In this document: positions 40,163 through 51,744 of the stretch, piece after piece
Layout of the letters: each line of letters starts with the position of its first letter
Position numbering within the stretch: the stretch's first letter is position 1
NCBI RefSeq assembly: GCF_000315625.1
Contig: NW_005434580.1
Coordinates: 37,261 to 101,260 of the forward strand
From: Guillardia theta CCMP2712
Taxonomy: Eukaryota > Protista > Cryptophyta
Reading direction: 5' to 3'
DNA: 64,000 bases
Notes under the pieces: generated by a model
Seen by the model: the letters and a program-made list of their open reading frames with translations, nothing else
What the model was told of the DNA's origin: nothing
Databases searched by the model: none
Program-made: the position numbers and the translations under genes

Positions 40163-41329
40163 AGAGGCAGACTAGGAGGGAGCACGGGAGGACGACAGGA
40201 AGGGGTGGAGAAAGAGACCCAGGGCGAGCCGTGCGAGGGAATGCGGCAAACTATCGGGTGTCAAGGAACCAAGGCTGCAGGATGTGTCAGAGTCCGACAA
40301 AGTCAGAGCTTGCAAGTACATGACATGCTGTTGTATTCCACGGAGAGCAGGTGGGTGCTATCAAACAGAAGTTAGCTCCAATCCATGGGCTACATAACTA
40401 CCATTCGCTTCAGGGTGCTGAACGAATGCTATACACTGATACATCCACATCCTATTCATCTCTACACTTTCATGCGAATCATAGTTTCACACACATCCAT
40501 GGCGGATTTCAAGTTAATCTGATCTCCTTCCCTCCATCCTCCCCTCCATCCTCCCCTGGCAATAACCTGAAGAGTACCAGCTGTATCACCTCTCCTCTCC
40601 CTCCATCTTTGTCAGGCTTCCTCCCCCCTCTCTCTCCCTGTTCCCTTCTCCCTGCCCTCCTTGTTCTGTCTCCCCTCCTCTCTCTCTCCTCTCTCTCCCT
40701 CCTCCCTCTCCTCTCCCTCCCCATCCATGCACGCTCTCTCCCTCCCTCCCTGCATGCTTGTGGCTCCCCACTACAAATCACTGACCTTCCCGACCAAGTC
40801 TCAACCCTACCCACCCCCAAGTTCACATTTAAAATTAGACCCACGTTTTTCCCTCACAGTACCCACCAATAGGTACTCAATGTGTTCATTTGACCACCCC
40901 TACCCCTCATATGTCAGACTGTCAAATTCTGGGGGTTGGGAATGGCAGGAGGGCGCGTATCGGGTGAGGAGAGCGCAGGGAGGGGAGGGGAGGAGAGGAG
41001 AGGAGAGGAGCAGTAGAGGAGCAGTAGAGGGAGAGGAGCAGAGCAGTAGAGGGAACAGATCAGAACAGTAGAGAGCAGAGCAGAGTAGAGTGAAGCAGAT
41101 TGGAGAATCGCGGAACGAGGGAGAATGAGACGGAAACACAGGAGATGAGGATGAGGAGGAGAGTGACAGGGAACTTTGTATTGGCAGCTGCCCAGGCATT
41201 GCAGGAGTACCCAGTAAACGATAGCTGCAACGGGGAAGGAAAGAGGGAGCGAGTAAGGAGAGGAGGGAACTAGTAAGGAGAGGGGGGGGTGGGAGGCTGC
41301 GGCAACAGCGGAGCGTCATCTTTGCAAGG

Positions 41330-44300
41330 ATGTCGCAAGATCGTCCAAGAAGGAATAGGAGAGCTAGCTCGAAGCTGCTGGAGATCGTGAACTCCTCCTG
41401 CGACACGAGCTTGAAGCCTCGCCTCCTCAAACCCTCGTCCTCGTCCAGAAGAAGCAAGGTCCAAGATCCTGCTGCTTCCCCTCATCATGGAACCATGTTG
41501 ACTCTGCTGCTGCATCAGATTTCCCAGTCGGCAGTCAAGGAAGTGAACGACCTTTGCCCATGGTGAGCCATGTATCCAAATATTAGATCCTCGCTTGAAA
41601 TTTTCTCTCCCTTTCATTCTCTTCAGCCTCCTCCCTGTCACCCTTCAATCTCTTCGCGTCCCTACTTTCTCCATCTGCTGCTATCTTGTATGTCTCTTCA
41701 ATCCCTTTTTCAAATATCTTGGCCTTCCTGCCTTTCCGCCCCACCCTCCCTCCCTCTCCCCCACCCTCTCCCCACCCTCTCCCTCTCTCCCTCCCTCTCT
41801 CCCTCCGTCTCTCCCTCTCTCTCTCCCTTCGTCTCCTTCTCCCTTTCGTCCAGTGTCTCTCCCACTCACAACGTGTGCAGGTTGAGCGAATACGTCGATC
41901 TTGACAGAAAGTGGCTGAACCCGATCTCAACATCAAGACTCGGCAAGGATGAGAACGATTCTTTTGCTGGCAGTCTAGACGCAACCAAGCTCCCTGAGTG
42001 TGTCGGATACTCCAATTACTCTCCTCCGGGCGGGTTTGGTTGGGAGAAGCTACAGAGGGGAGGGGATGCGGCGGAAAGCAACATGAGGAGAAGGGTGGAA
42101 GACTTTGTAGATACTGCTGTGCCATGGCTCTGCGCAAGGAGACGCAGAAAGGAGGAGGAGGAGGAGGAGGAGGAGGCGGAGGAGGAGAAGGTCAGAGGAA
42201 GCATCGACGCAAGCTCTCTACCCACTCCGCCTCCTAACGGATCGTACGACCCTCCACATCACCACCTCAGCCTGTGCGTCAACGAGGGGGGGATGAACCA
42301 GCCGGACTTCGAGGATGCAATAGGGGAGGCGGTGGCGATTATTCAGAGCATGTCGGAGAGCAGGGAGGTCAACCTGTTGTCAACAGCACCAGCAGACTTG
42401 AAGAAGATGATTGTGATGAAGCCAGACAAGTTCTTCGAGAGGTTCAAACTGCCTCTCGGGCTGGACTCGCTTGCTAAACGGGTGACGAAGCTGTCGAAAC
42501 AGTCGTCCAGGGCCTCTTCCCCCTTCACCCCCCGTCGACTCTTCGGGCAGCTGCTTTGCTCCTTGAGATTCATGTGCGAGCTGCTGGAGTTTTCGAACGA
42601 GGTCAGGGCAGAGGCAAGGGAAATGCTTTTAAGGTTTCTCCGCCTTTCAGCCGTTCGGATCCTTCCTGCTGCCATTGACGGTCAAGCTCCTTTCGTTCAC
42701 GGGCAGCAGTGGCTCGGGAGGAGGGTGCGAGTGCTGCAGGAGAAGGAGTTGAAGTTCACTTGGGGGGTGATCGATGACTATGACGGGAGGGAAAGGTACC
42801 ATGTGATAGACGACGAGGGGGTTGAGAACTGGTGGATCTTGCCGTCGTTTGTGGTCGATCTTTTCCCAGAGAGGAAGGAAGAAATGGAGGATGTCAAGGT
42901 TGTGAGCAGGGGAGATGTTGTTCTCTGCACGTGGAGGAAGATTGAATCGATCGAGATCCTTCATCATGCGGAGGTTGTTTGTGCTTCCCGTTTTCCTCTG
43001 ATTATTGTTCCAAGGTCGTTGACGTGGATTTCGCCAAGAAAGGGGTTCGGGTGAAGTTCTGCCACCTCCCACAGGACGCCTCCGAGTGGATCGACATGCA
43101 GACCGCCTCAGTCATCCTTTCGCAACGGGTCGTCACATGTTACAAGGTGCCAACAAGGGCAAGCAGGCATGTCAGTTGCTGATGTTGTTTGCTGCTTCAG
43201 AATGGGAGAGCGCTCTACAACGAAGATTCAACCCCCAGGTCGATCGCTAGATATCTCAACGCGTCAGAGGAGGAGCTGGTCTACCTCAACAGGGTGGAGA
43301 TTCCAGAGCTGCACGCGTGCTCGAAGCTGAAGCGAGGGACTCTTCTTGTACTGCCAGTGACGAGGGCGTCGGAGGTGGCAGATAAGACAACCAGGCAGGG
43401 GGAGGAGGCGCAAGAGACTGCGAATGGGGGGGACGACAGGGAGAGCGTGACTTTGAGTCCGCAAGAGAGGCGGGAGGTAGCTGGGAACCCGAACCTTATG
43501 CGACATGTCTCAAGGCGGACTGGTCAGCGGAGGCTGTGCTATGGCTCTCTAGCAGTAAGGCAGGGAGCCTCCTCCTCTTTCCTCGGGGCTACGGTTGTTG
43601 TCGATTGTTCGGATGCTCGACACGTCGGCCGCGTCTGCGCTTTTCACCCTCCCAGCCAGCAGTACAGGATCAAGCTCAACCCCTTGCTGGGATGCCTCGA
43701 GGGGGATGCTGATGCTGGCGAGATCTACACCAGCCTCCCGTGCGAGCACGTCAAGGTTGTGCGAACGATCCTGGAGGAATCAAGGTCTTGCGAGGCGAGA
43801 AGGGAGGAGCAGCGGACCAGTCGTACGAGACTGGCAGACGTGAAGTTGAAGGAGGAGCAGCCAAAGGAGGACGCTCGGCGGGGGAGCAAGAGGAAGGTGG
43901 AGGTGTTGGACTCCAGCTCCCTCCTGCTCCTCGACGGGAAACCTGAGGTCTGTGCCTCCTCTGTGCTCAGTAACCTGCCCGACGGACCCAAAGGCTCCCT
44001 GTTCCGTCCCAACCTGAGGTACAGGGAGGACGGGAGGCTAAAGGACATGATTCCGCTCTACGATGAGGACCGGAACCTGTTCCTGACAGACGATCGTCTG
44101 ATTGACTTGTTCGGGCACGTGCTCGGTGGTGAGCAGCAGCAGCAGGCACAGTTCTGGCAGGACCTGGAGGCAGAGCTGAGCGCTGGCGCTGGGCCAGTCA
44201 ACGACTACACGACAAGAAGGACGACTGGGGTGAGTTCGGAGCAGCTGAGGAGGGGGATCGGAGAGTCCTTTGCGAGGCTGAACATGAAGGAGAAGTCGTC

Positions 44301-45684
44301 AGTCCTGGTGGACTTGCTGGGGGAGATGGATCACGCAGCTCAAGTGTCGGTCATGAAGACTGTCATCGAGCATCAGGGGAGACGACCAGGCGGGAAGCGA
44401 TGGCACAGCTCCATGGAGAGGGGAGGAGATCAGAACAGTAGCCTTGTCATACAGCTCCTCGACTTCTTCTTTCCCAAGGGCAATGCTGATGCCATCCTTG
44501 ACAGCGCGCTCGCCCGCCGCCAGCTCTCCTCGAGGAAGCAGCTCCAGACAGCTGCTGAGCAAGGCAGAGGGAAGAGAGCGAGGTCGGGCGAAGGCAGTGC
44601 CGTCGGCAGCACCAACACCAACATCAGCATCAACAGGCCCCTCGCGAATCACGACGTGTCAAGTTACAGCGGTCAAGTATCAGCACAGGACCAGCAGGAG
44701 CGCGTGCAGTATGATCGACCTCTTCCTCATCACCCTCATCATCTTCTCATGGCGCATCCTCGGTCTCAACCTCTCCTCTATCCGCCTGCTGGTTGGTCTG
44801 GTCGTGATCAGCTCCTCATGTACCAGTCGCATCCTCTCGCGTTCAATAGCTCTCCGAGCGTTCACTCCGGGTATCCTTCGTGCTACTCCGGCCAGCTACC
44901 CCAGCAGGTCAGCTCAATGCCGGTAGGAAACACCATGAGGGGATCAGCTTTTGTCACTCCTACACAGAAACCACCGTCCTCCGGCCAGCCATCAAGCTTC
45001 AACGCCGCTATTTCTTCTGCCGCTGCTGCAGACTGGACGGGCCTGCCTTTGCAGTCAACCAAGGGTTCATATCGGAACTTTTCTGCTGCTTCGAGCTCTT
45101 CCCATGTGGCTACTAACCTCGGCGCTTTCAGCAGCAACCTCCTCCTTCAACATGGCGCGCCCAAGGCAGCAGCTAAGGCACAGGAGACAGTGACGCCTCC
45201 TCGCTGGCCTCTGGAGGCCAGCACAGGGCCGAGCAGCGTGAATCTGCAGGGACTCTCTTCCTACAGGGTCGCCATGGCTGGCCCTGCTGGTCAAGCGCAT
45301 GCGAGCTCGGGGCAGAGCTGGGTGGAACCCAACTTGGAGAAGAGGGTTAAAGAAGCGAGCAGAGCAGGCGTCTCCTTCCTCTCAGACGCTCCTCCTGCTC
45401 AGTATGGCCTAGTAGCTCCAACAGATCCCGTACCAATCCCACTCAGCCATCCGCATGCTCTAGAGCTGTACAAGCCTGTCACGACGCAGCCCTTGCCTCG
45501 GGAGTTGCAGGCGTCATCGATCTCAGGGGGCGATGGGAACTGCCAAGGTGACTGGGGGGCTGACATGACAAACGGGGGGCAACAAACGTGTAACATCTTT
45601 GACAATGATGCCCCGACAAGGGGGTCCTGGTACGACGCTTTCCTTCCTCAGGAGGAACAAAATGAACAAGTCTTCCCCTCGTGA
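41330..45684 (+). CDS. Large putative chromatin protein with Tudor-like/chromo-barrel domains and a LysM-like module
   Basis: ORFs 41330-, 41570-43054 and 43189-45684 join through introns. Motifs: WLGRRVRV..WGVIDDYD..YHVIDDEG; RGDVVLCTW..HHAE|VVDVD..VRVKF..SEWID; DSTPRSIARYLNASEEELVYLN..LKRGTLLVLP. Long S/Q/P-rich tail. Confidence 0.7.
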
Positions 45685-46140
45685 GATTCAGAGAGCTGAG
45701 AGCAAGCTCAGGATCGAACCTTTCTACATCCCCTGAGCAAGTCTGAACCCTTCGTTGGCACGGACTTTCCGGGCTACGTAAAGTCGTATGGCAGTGACGT
45801 TGCTTTCTTTGCATGTTTCCCTAATTTCCTGTAAATACTCACCAAAAATGAAGCCTATCAACATCAACCCCTAATGCATATTTCTCTGCTTTGAACTCCT
45901 TCTATGCCGCTTACTCCCTAAGTTAGCTTTTCTCCTGACTCATTGGAGAGTGAAGGGATCTCCAAAACATCAAGTTTCACAAGGATGAATAAAGAATTGT
46001 GGACATCTTTCATCGAACAAAACTCAGTACAACTTGGCCGCTGTGCGCGTGCGTTGCTTGCTTGCATAACTTTATACTTACAACTCTCTTCACTTGTGTA
46101 CATCTGATCATAATAAACTAGACAGGAAAAAACGATCAGG

Positions 46141-46563
46141 TCATGCTGCCTTCAAGCTTGATGTTGTCTTCCATTTCCCCTTCCAACTCTCCTTGATCGG
46201 GTCTTTGGAAGGGGTAGAAAAGCTCTGCCTCTTTTCTCGAAAGCTGCTCTGCTTTCGCAATCGCCCGGGCAATGCGCCGGTCAGCTCGTCGATGTACGCC
46301 ATGGACTGAGAAGGGACATTGGACGCGCTGTTGGCACGTGGGAGCACAAGACTAGCGTCGCTCAGCCTCCTCGCGCTCCCCTTAAGATTCAGCTCCTTCA
46401 GGGGACTCCTGGACCTGTCCACCAGCGAGTCCTTTCTCGGACCTGGCTCCAAGACATTCGCCTTGCTGATACTGTTGACTTTGTATCCTTGCGAGAGAAA
46501 CCAGTCGGGCTGCTTTGAACTTCCCATTTTGTTGCTCTTAGTTAATGAAAGAATTGCTCCCAT
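46141..46563 (-). CDS. Small intronless hypothetical protein, possibly N-myristoylated (MGAILS)
   Basis: 140-aa non-repetitive ORF with an MGxxxS start. Confidence 0.55.
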   Translation of the reverse strand: MGAILSLTKSNKMGSSKQPDWFLSQGYKVNSISKANVLEPGPRKDSLVDRSRSPLKELNLKGSARRLSDASLVLPRANSASNVPSQSMAYIDELTGALPGRLRKQSSFREKRQSFSTPSKDPIKESWKGKWKTTSSLKAA

Positions 46564-47869
46564 GATCGCAAGTCCGTGGAGAACGATACCAGCAAGACCG
46601 ACTACGGTGATGCCTGGAGTCCCAGAATAATGAGGACAGAGTGTTGCTCAGGAGTTGGAGTGGATGAGTAGAGAAAGGGTAACTCGCCAGATAGCCAGTG
46701 AGGGAGAACGAATGAGGTCAGTGCTAGGAGCGAGGCAGGTTCAGGGGAGCGGGTGGAAGAAGGAGCAAGGGGCAATGACAGTGGAGAGAGGATCTACAGA
46801 GCGCTGTGGGAGAGGAGGGAGGAGGGAGGAGTGGCGAGGAAAGAGCTGAACCGACTATCGACAGGCGGGGACAACGTGGACGATGGGGACAAGAAGCAGT
46901 ATGTTTTATTGTTTTGACTTTCTTGCGAACCCGTGGAAGGAGATGGAAGGAGGAGGGGTAGTACCTCAAGGACTCTAGGTTATAAGTTATATTAGTGAGA
47001 GCCTGGGTAGGGGGATGCGCGGGGCTCTGTATGGACGGGTCAAAGACGGTAGAAACAGGGGTCAAAAACCACCTGTGGGGGTAGGGGTACTAGTCGGCAC
47101 TGTCCACGTCGGATGTCGGAGGATAAATTGTAGGTGGGGGTGGGCCAACAATCTCATTCGAAACTGAGTACGTACCCCACCCCTGTTCCATCCGCCTTGA
47201 TTGACCATCACCCCACCTATCTCTTTCCATTTCAATCAGTATCAAATCACGGGTGATCAAAACACCCCTACCTACGCTTGAAATACGGTTAGAACTTAGA
47301 AGGTTCATTTTGATGCTTTTTTTTTTCCCGAGTAGTCTTTACTACACAGGCTGCATGTACCGGCCCTACCGTACCCCACAGGGAATTCTCTACCTCACAC
47401 CCCCTGCTACACAAGGTGTCCGATTCTCCCCTTCTTTTTCCCTTTGAACACTATTGTGATGACCCCTCCTCATCCTTACAGTACCCCTCTTTTTCTGCAA
47501 TGACCATTTTTGTCCGAGCGCGGGTCTATGACAACACCGGCGTTCACTTTTCGGGTGCCGCCGGGTTAACTTCAGCTAGGACATGAGGATGTACCTGCTA
47601 TAGGGCTTCTGAGGTCCTATGACTCACTCCGAGTGAACGGCCACGTTTCGCGGTCACGCTCAACGGTTGCAAACGACAGTTCAACGGTCAGACTTTCCGT
47701 TACATCACTAATTGTTGGTTTTCATTTGGAGCCCCGGGCCTCGGAGTGATGGCCGGGCCGGGGCACATTACTGAGAACGGTTACAGCGACCGTTTCAACC
47801 CGAATACTACCGGTACCGAGTAGGCTCTCTACAAGGGGTGCCGCAGCATTCAGTTGGAGGAGCTTCAGG

Positions 47870-50740
47870 ATGTCGGCTGGGGTGAAGAAAGGCGATGAGC
47901 TCAATGAAGGTGATGATGATCAACCTGTACAAAGACAGTGAGCTGAAGGAGTATGATGATCAACCTGTACAAAGACAGTGAGCTGAAGGAGTATGATGAT
48001 CAACCTGTACAAAGACAGTGAGCTGAAGGAGTATGATGATCAACCTGTACAAAGACAGTGAGCTGAAGGAGTATGATGATCAACCTGTACAAAGACAGTG
48101 AGCTGAAGGAGTATGATGATCAACCTGTACAAAGACAGTGAGCTGAAGGAGTATGATGATCAACCTGTACAAAGACAGTGAGCTGAAGGAGTATGATGAT
48201 CAACCTGTACAAAGACAGTGAGCTGAAGGAGTATGATGATCAACCTGTACAAAGACAGTGAGCTGAAGGAGTATGATGATCAACCTGTACAAAGACAGTG
48301 AGCTGAAGGAGTATGATGATCAACCTGTACAAAGACAGTGAGCTGAAGGAGTATGATGATCAACCTGTACAAAGACAGTGAGCTGAAGGAGTATGATGAT
48401 CAACCTGTACAAAGACAGTGAGCTGAAGGAGTATGATGATCAACCTGTACAAAGACAGTGAGCTGAAGGAGTATGATGATCAACCTGTACAAAGACAGTG
48501 AGCTGAAGGAGTATGATGATCAACCTGTACAAAGACAGTGAGCTGAAGGAGTATGATGATCAACCTGTACAAAGACAGTGAGCTGAAGGAGTATGATGAT
48601 CAACCTGTACAAAGACAGTGAGCTGAAGGAGTATGATGATCAACCTGTACAAAGACAGTGAGCTGAAGGAGTATGATGATCAACCTGTACAAAGACAGTG
48701 AGCTGAAGGAGTATGATGATCAACCTGTACAAAGACAGTGAGCTGAAGGAGTATGATGATCAACCTGTACAAAGACAGTGAGCTGAAGGAGTATGATGAT
48801 CAACCTGTACAAAGACAGTGAGCTGAAGGAGTATGATGATCAACCTGTACAAAGACAGTGAGCTGAAGGAGTATGATGATCAACCTGTACAAAGACAGTG
48901 AGCTGAAGGAGTATGATGATCAACCTGTACAAAGACAGTGAGCTGAAGGAGTATGATGATCAACCTGTACAAAGACAGTGAGCTGAAGGAGTATGATGAT
49001 CAATTTGTACAAAGACAGTGAGCTGAAGGAGTGAGATTATCAGTGGATTTCTTGCAGATCAAGATAGACAGGACGTCGGGAAGTGGCTGTTGACGCGGAA
49101 ACATCTGTCATTCTCAGATGCCTTGGGAAGTTTTGGACGTGGACGTACAGCAACGGTGGCGAGCCAGACGCACGCCGGTTGATGGAATGCGGTGAATCTG
49201 CAGAGGATAGATGGACGGGAGGAAAAGAGAGCAGAGGAAAGAGGAGGCTAGATGGAGGAGCCCCTTGCTTGCAAGGTGAGATCAGAGAAATGATCAAACT
49301 CATGGATCAATCAAGTCCTCATATCCCTTCTCTCTTGCCCTCTCTGTCTCTACCTCTATCTCTCTCTGTCTCTCTCTCCTCCTCTTCCTTTTCCTTTCCA
49401 TTTCCTTTCTATTCTTCTTCCTCTCCCGATTCCTCTTCCTCTTCCTCCCTCCCTATGCCCTCCCTGTCACGATGGTTCTTGTTTGAGTCAGCTAGATCGC
49501 TGATAGCACAAGGCAGGAGCTCGGATCGCAGCGTGTCTCCTGTGTTGAGTGCTATGCATTCGCTCCGCGAGCAAGAGATTCCGGAGGACAGCAGCCAGCT
49601 CGCGTCGTTGAGAGTCTTCAGAGACGACATGCCCAACAACAAGCTGAGAAGTACTCGTGATGACTCGTTGAGAGGAGGATGGGGCAGGGCGGGGAACAGA
49701 AAGGTTCAGGTGTAGTGGATGGAGAGCAAGAGATAATATTGGTGTAGATGTCGAGCCCGTTCCTCCGACCTACCAGGCGAGACCCACTAAGCGACAAAGT
49801 GACGACCAGGTCGCGGTCTCAAGGTGTTTGTTGCCGCTTAAGGGAAGAGGGTTGTAACTCTGCTGTGCAGGGAGTGTGCGAGTTGAGACAAGCTTGCAAT
49901 GGAGAGAAGGAGTCGGACTCGGTGATATTCGAGGATAGCACAAGACAATGCAAGTGCTGATTCACTCGCTCCAGTTGATGTGCAAGAGTACAACCAGTTG
50001 CCCCTAGATGTCGGGAAGAAAGAGAACAAGGCGTCTGACAAGAGATCGTTTCATCCTCGTGGTCCGATGGAGAGGTCAAGATCTTCGGTGGTGCTGCCAA
50101 CTCTGTCAAGTCTGTTGACTCTGTGGATGACAACTTCGAGCAGCGGACGGTCGAGAGCGAACCATCTCAGCTGCAGTCCGAGCGGCTGGAGATCATCCTC
50201 TCCCCGAAGCAAGTGAGAAGAAAGAGCAGAGACTCGGGAAGCAAGAAGTTTCCACCTGTCAACTCCATGACGAGTGAGCTAGCGCTTGCTTCTTGCTCCC
50301 CAAGTGACAAGGAGGAACAGGCGGAAAGTCATGGAAAGATGCGAAGGCTAGCGTCAGGAGCGACTTCGGGCCCTTGTCACATCAAGTGTTCCAACCCTTG
50401 AGCAGGTAGGTCGCCGGTAACGTCTGGTTCAGAATCCTCAACCTTCCAAGTGATGCCTTCCTTCTCCTCCTCCTCTTCTCTTCCTTCTCTTCCTCCTCCT
50501 CTCTTCCTTCTCTTCCTCCTCCTCTCTTCCTCCTCCTCAATCTCCGCCTCCACCACCTGCTCCTCCTTGTCATCATTATCAACAATCATCATCATCACCA
50601 CCACCACCATCAATCATCATTTATCATCATCATCATCATCATCGTCATCATCATCATCATCATCATCATCGTCATCATCATCGTCATCATCATCATCATC
50701 ATCGTCATCATCATCGTCGTCGTCATCATCATCATCATCG

Positions 50741-50772
<32 letters not shown>

Positions 50773-50791
50773 GTCATCATCATCATCGTCG

Positions 50792-50844
<53 letters not shown>

Positions 50845-51408
50845 TTTGTCATTGTCATCCTTGTCATTGTCATATCTCGTAGTAGTAGAACAGCAGCAGC
50901 AACCTAACAAGCACTTCACAGGTTTCACAACACACTCTTCCGACGGAACAACCTGCAGAACGTCGTTGGGAGTATTTCATACGCCAGTGCCGTCGAGCTG
51001 AGAAGAAGCGGGATCATCTTGCCGCTTGCTGGAAGGCAACAGGCAGTGGAGGACAAGGTTGAATTGAGGAGGAAGACTCCGGAGCGAAGGAAGACGCCAA
51101 CGGTTGACGTGCAGGGAGAGGAGAGGATTCAGAAGCTGATTCATGACTATGGAGACTACCAGAGCACTTTGCAAGAGGAGCAGGAGAGCTCTCACCAACA
51201 TCATCATCAACCACCACAACAACAACATCAACATCAACATCAACATCAACATCAACATCAACATCAACATCAACATCAACATCATGTTCAATCTCACCAA
51301 CAGCTTGACTCATCGAACAAGAACAAGCAAAGCGCTTTGAAACCCATCGCAGAACCGGACGAATCCTTGTTGGAGTTTGGAAGACGTGAAACGCTCGAGG
51401 CATGGTGA
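47870..51408 (+). CDS. Multi-exon hypothetical protein with a (HQ)n tract in the last exon
   Basis: Tentative first exon MSAGVKKGDELNE|GTGATG; exon-like blocks at 49.07-50.4 kb and 50.9-51.4 kb. Joins uncertain. Confidence 0.45.
47913..49032 (+). repeat. Minisatellite: 28 copies of 40-bp ATGATGATCAACCTGTACAAAGACAGTGAGCTGAAGGAGT
   Basis: CAACCTGTAC recurs every 40 bp from 47921; only the last copy (49001) has CC>TT. No spacers. Confidence 0.98.
50570..50845 (+). repeat. (CAT/CGT)n microsatellite, probably intronic
   Basis: Direct reiteration; source of the poly-S/D/M ORFs. Confidence 0.95.
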
Positions 51409-51744
51409 AGGCTATTGCAGCTGATGCTCTGGTTTCCTCCCTCTCACCTGCATTCCCTCGGCCTCTCTTTCTTTGCATCACTTGCAATGTCTTCTTGTGT
51501 TTTCTCTCCCTTTCTTTCTTGCCTTCATTCTAATGCTCGACTCCGTGCTTAGTTCTTCTCATATGATGTCATGTATATACAAAGAATCAAACAACAACGA
51601 GCACAAGTTGAGCTGGTACGACATCTCTCTTGCCTTCCCTTCCCTCAAACACGGCTTCATCTACACTGCTACACGTCATCTCGTCCCGCCTGATACGCGC
51701 CCAGCAAGTCAGCAGCCCTGAGTCCTTCGGCATGGCGGCTGAGT

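Noticed and set aside
47913-49032. 40-bp array as a CRISPR array or coding repeat
   Set aside because: No unique spacers, no cas genes, eukaryotic context, and no long ORF in any frame.
50450-51001. Poly-S/D/M and other low-complexity ORFs throughout the window
   Set aside because: Translations of intronic or intergenic microsatellites.
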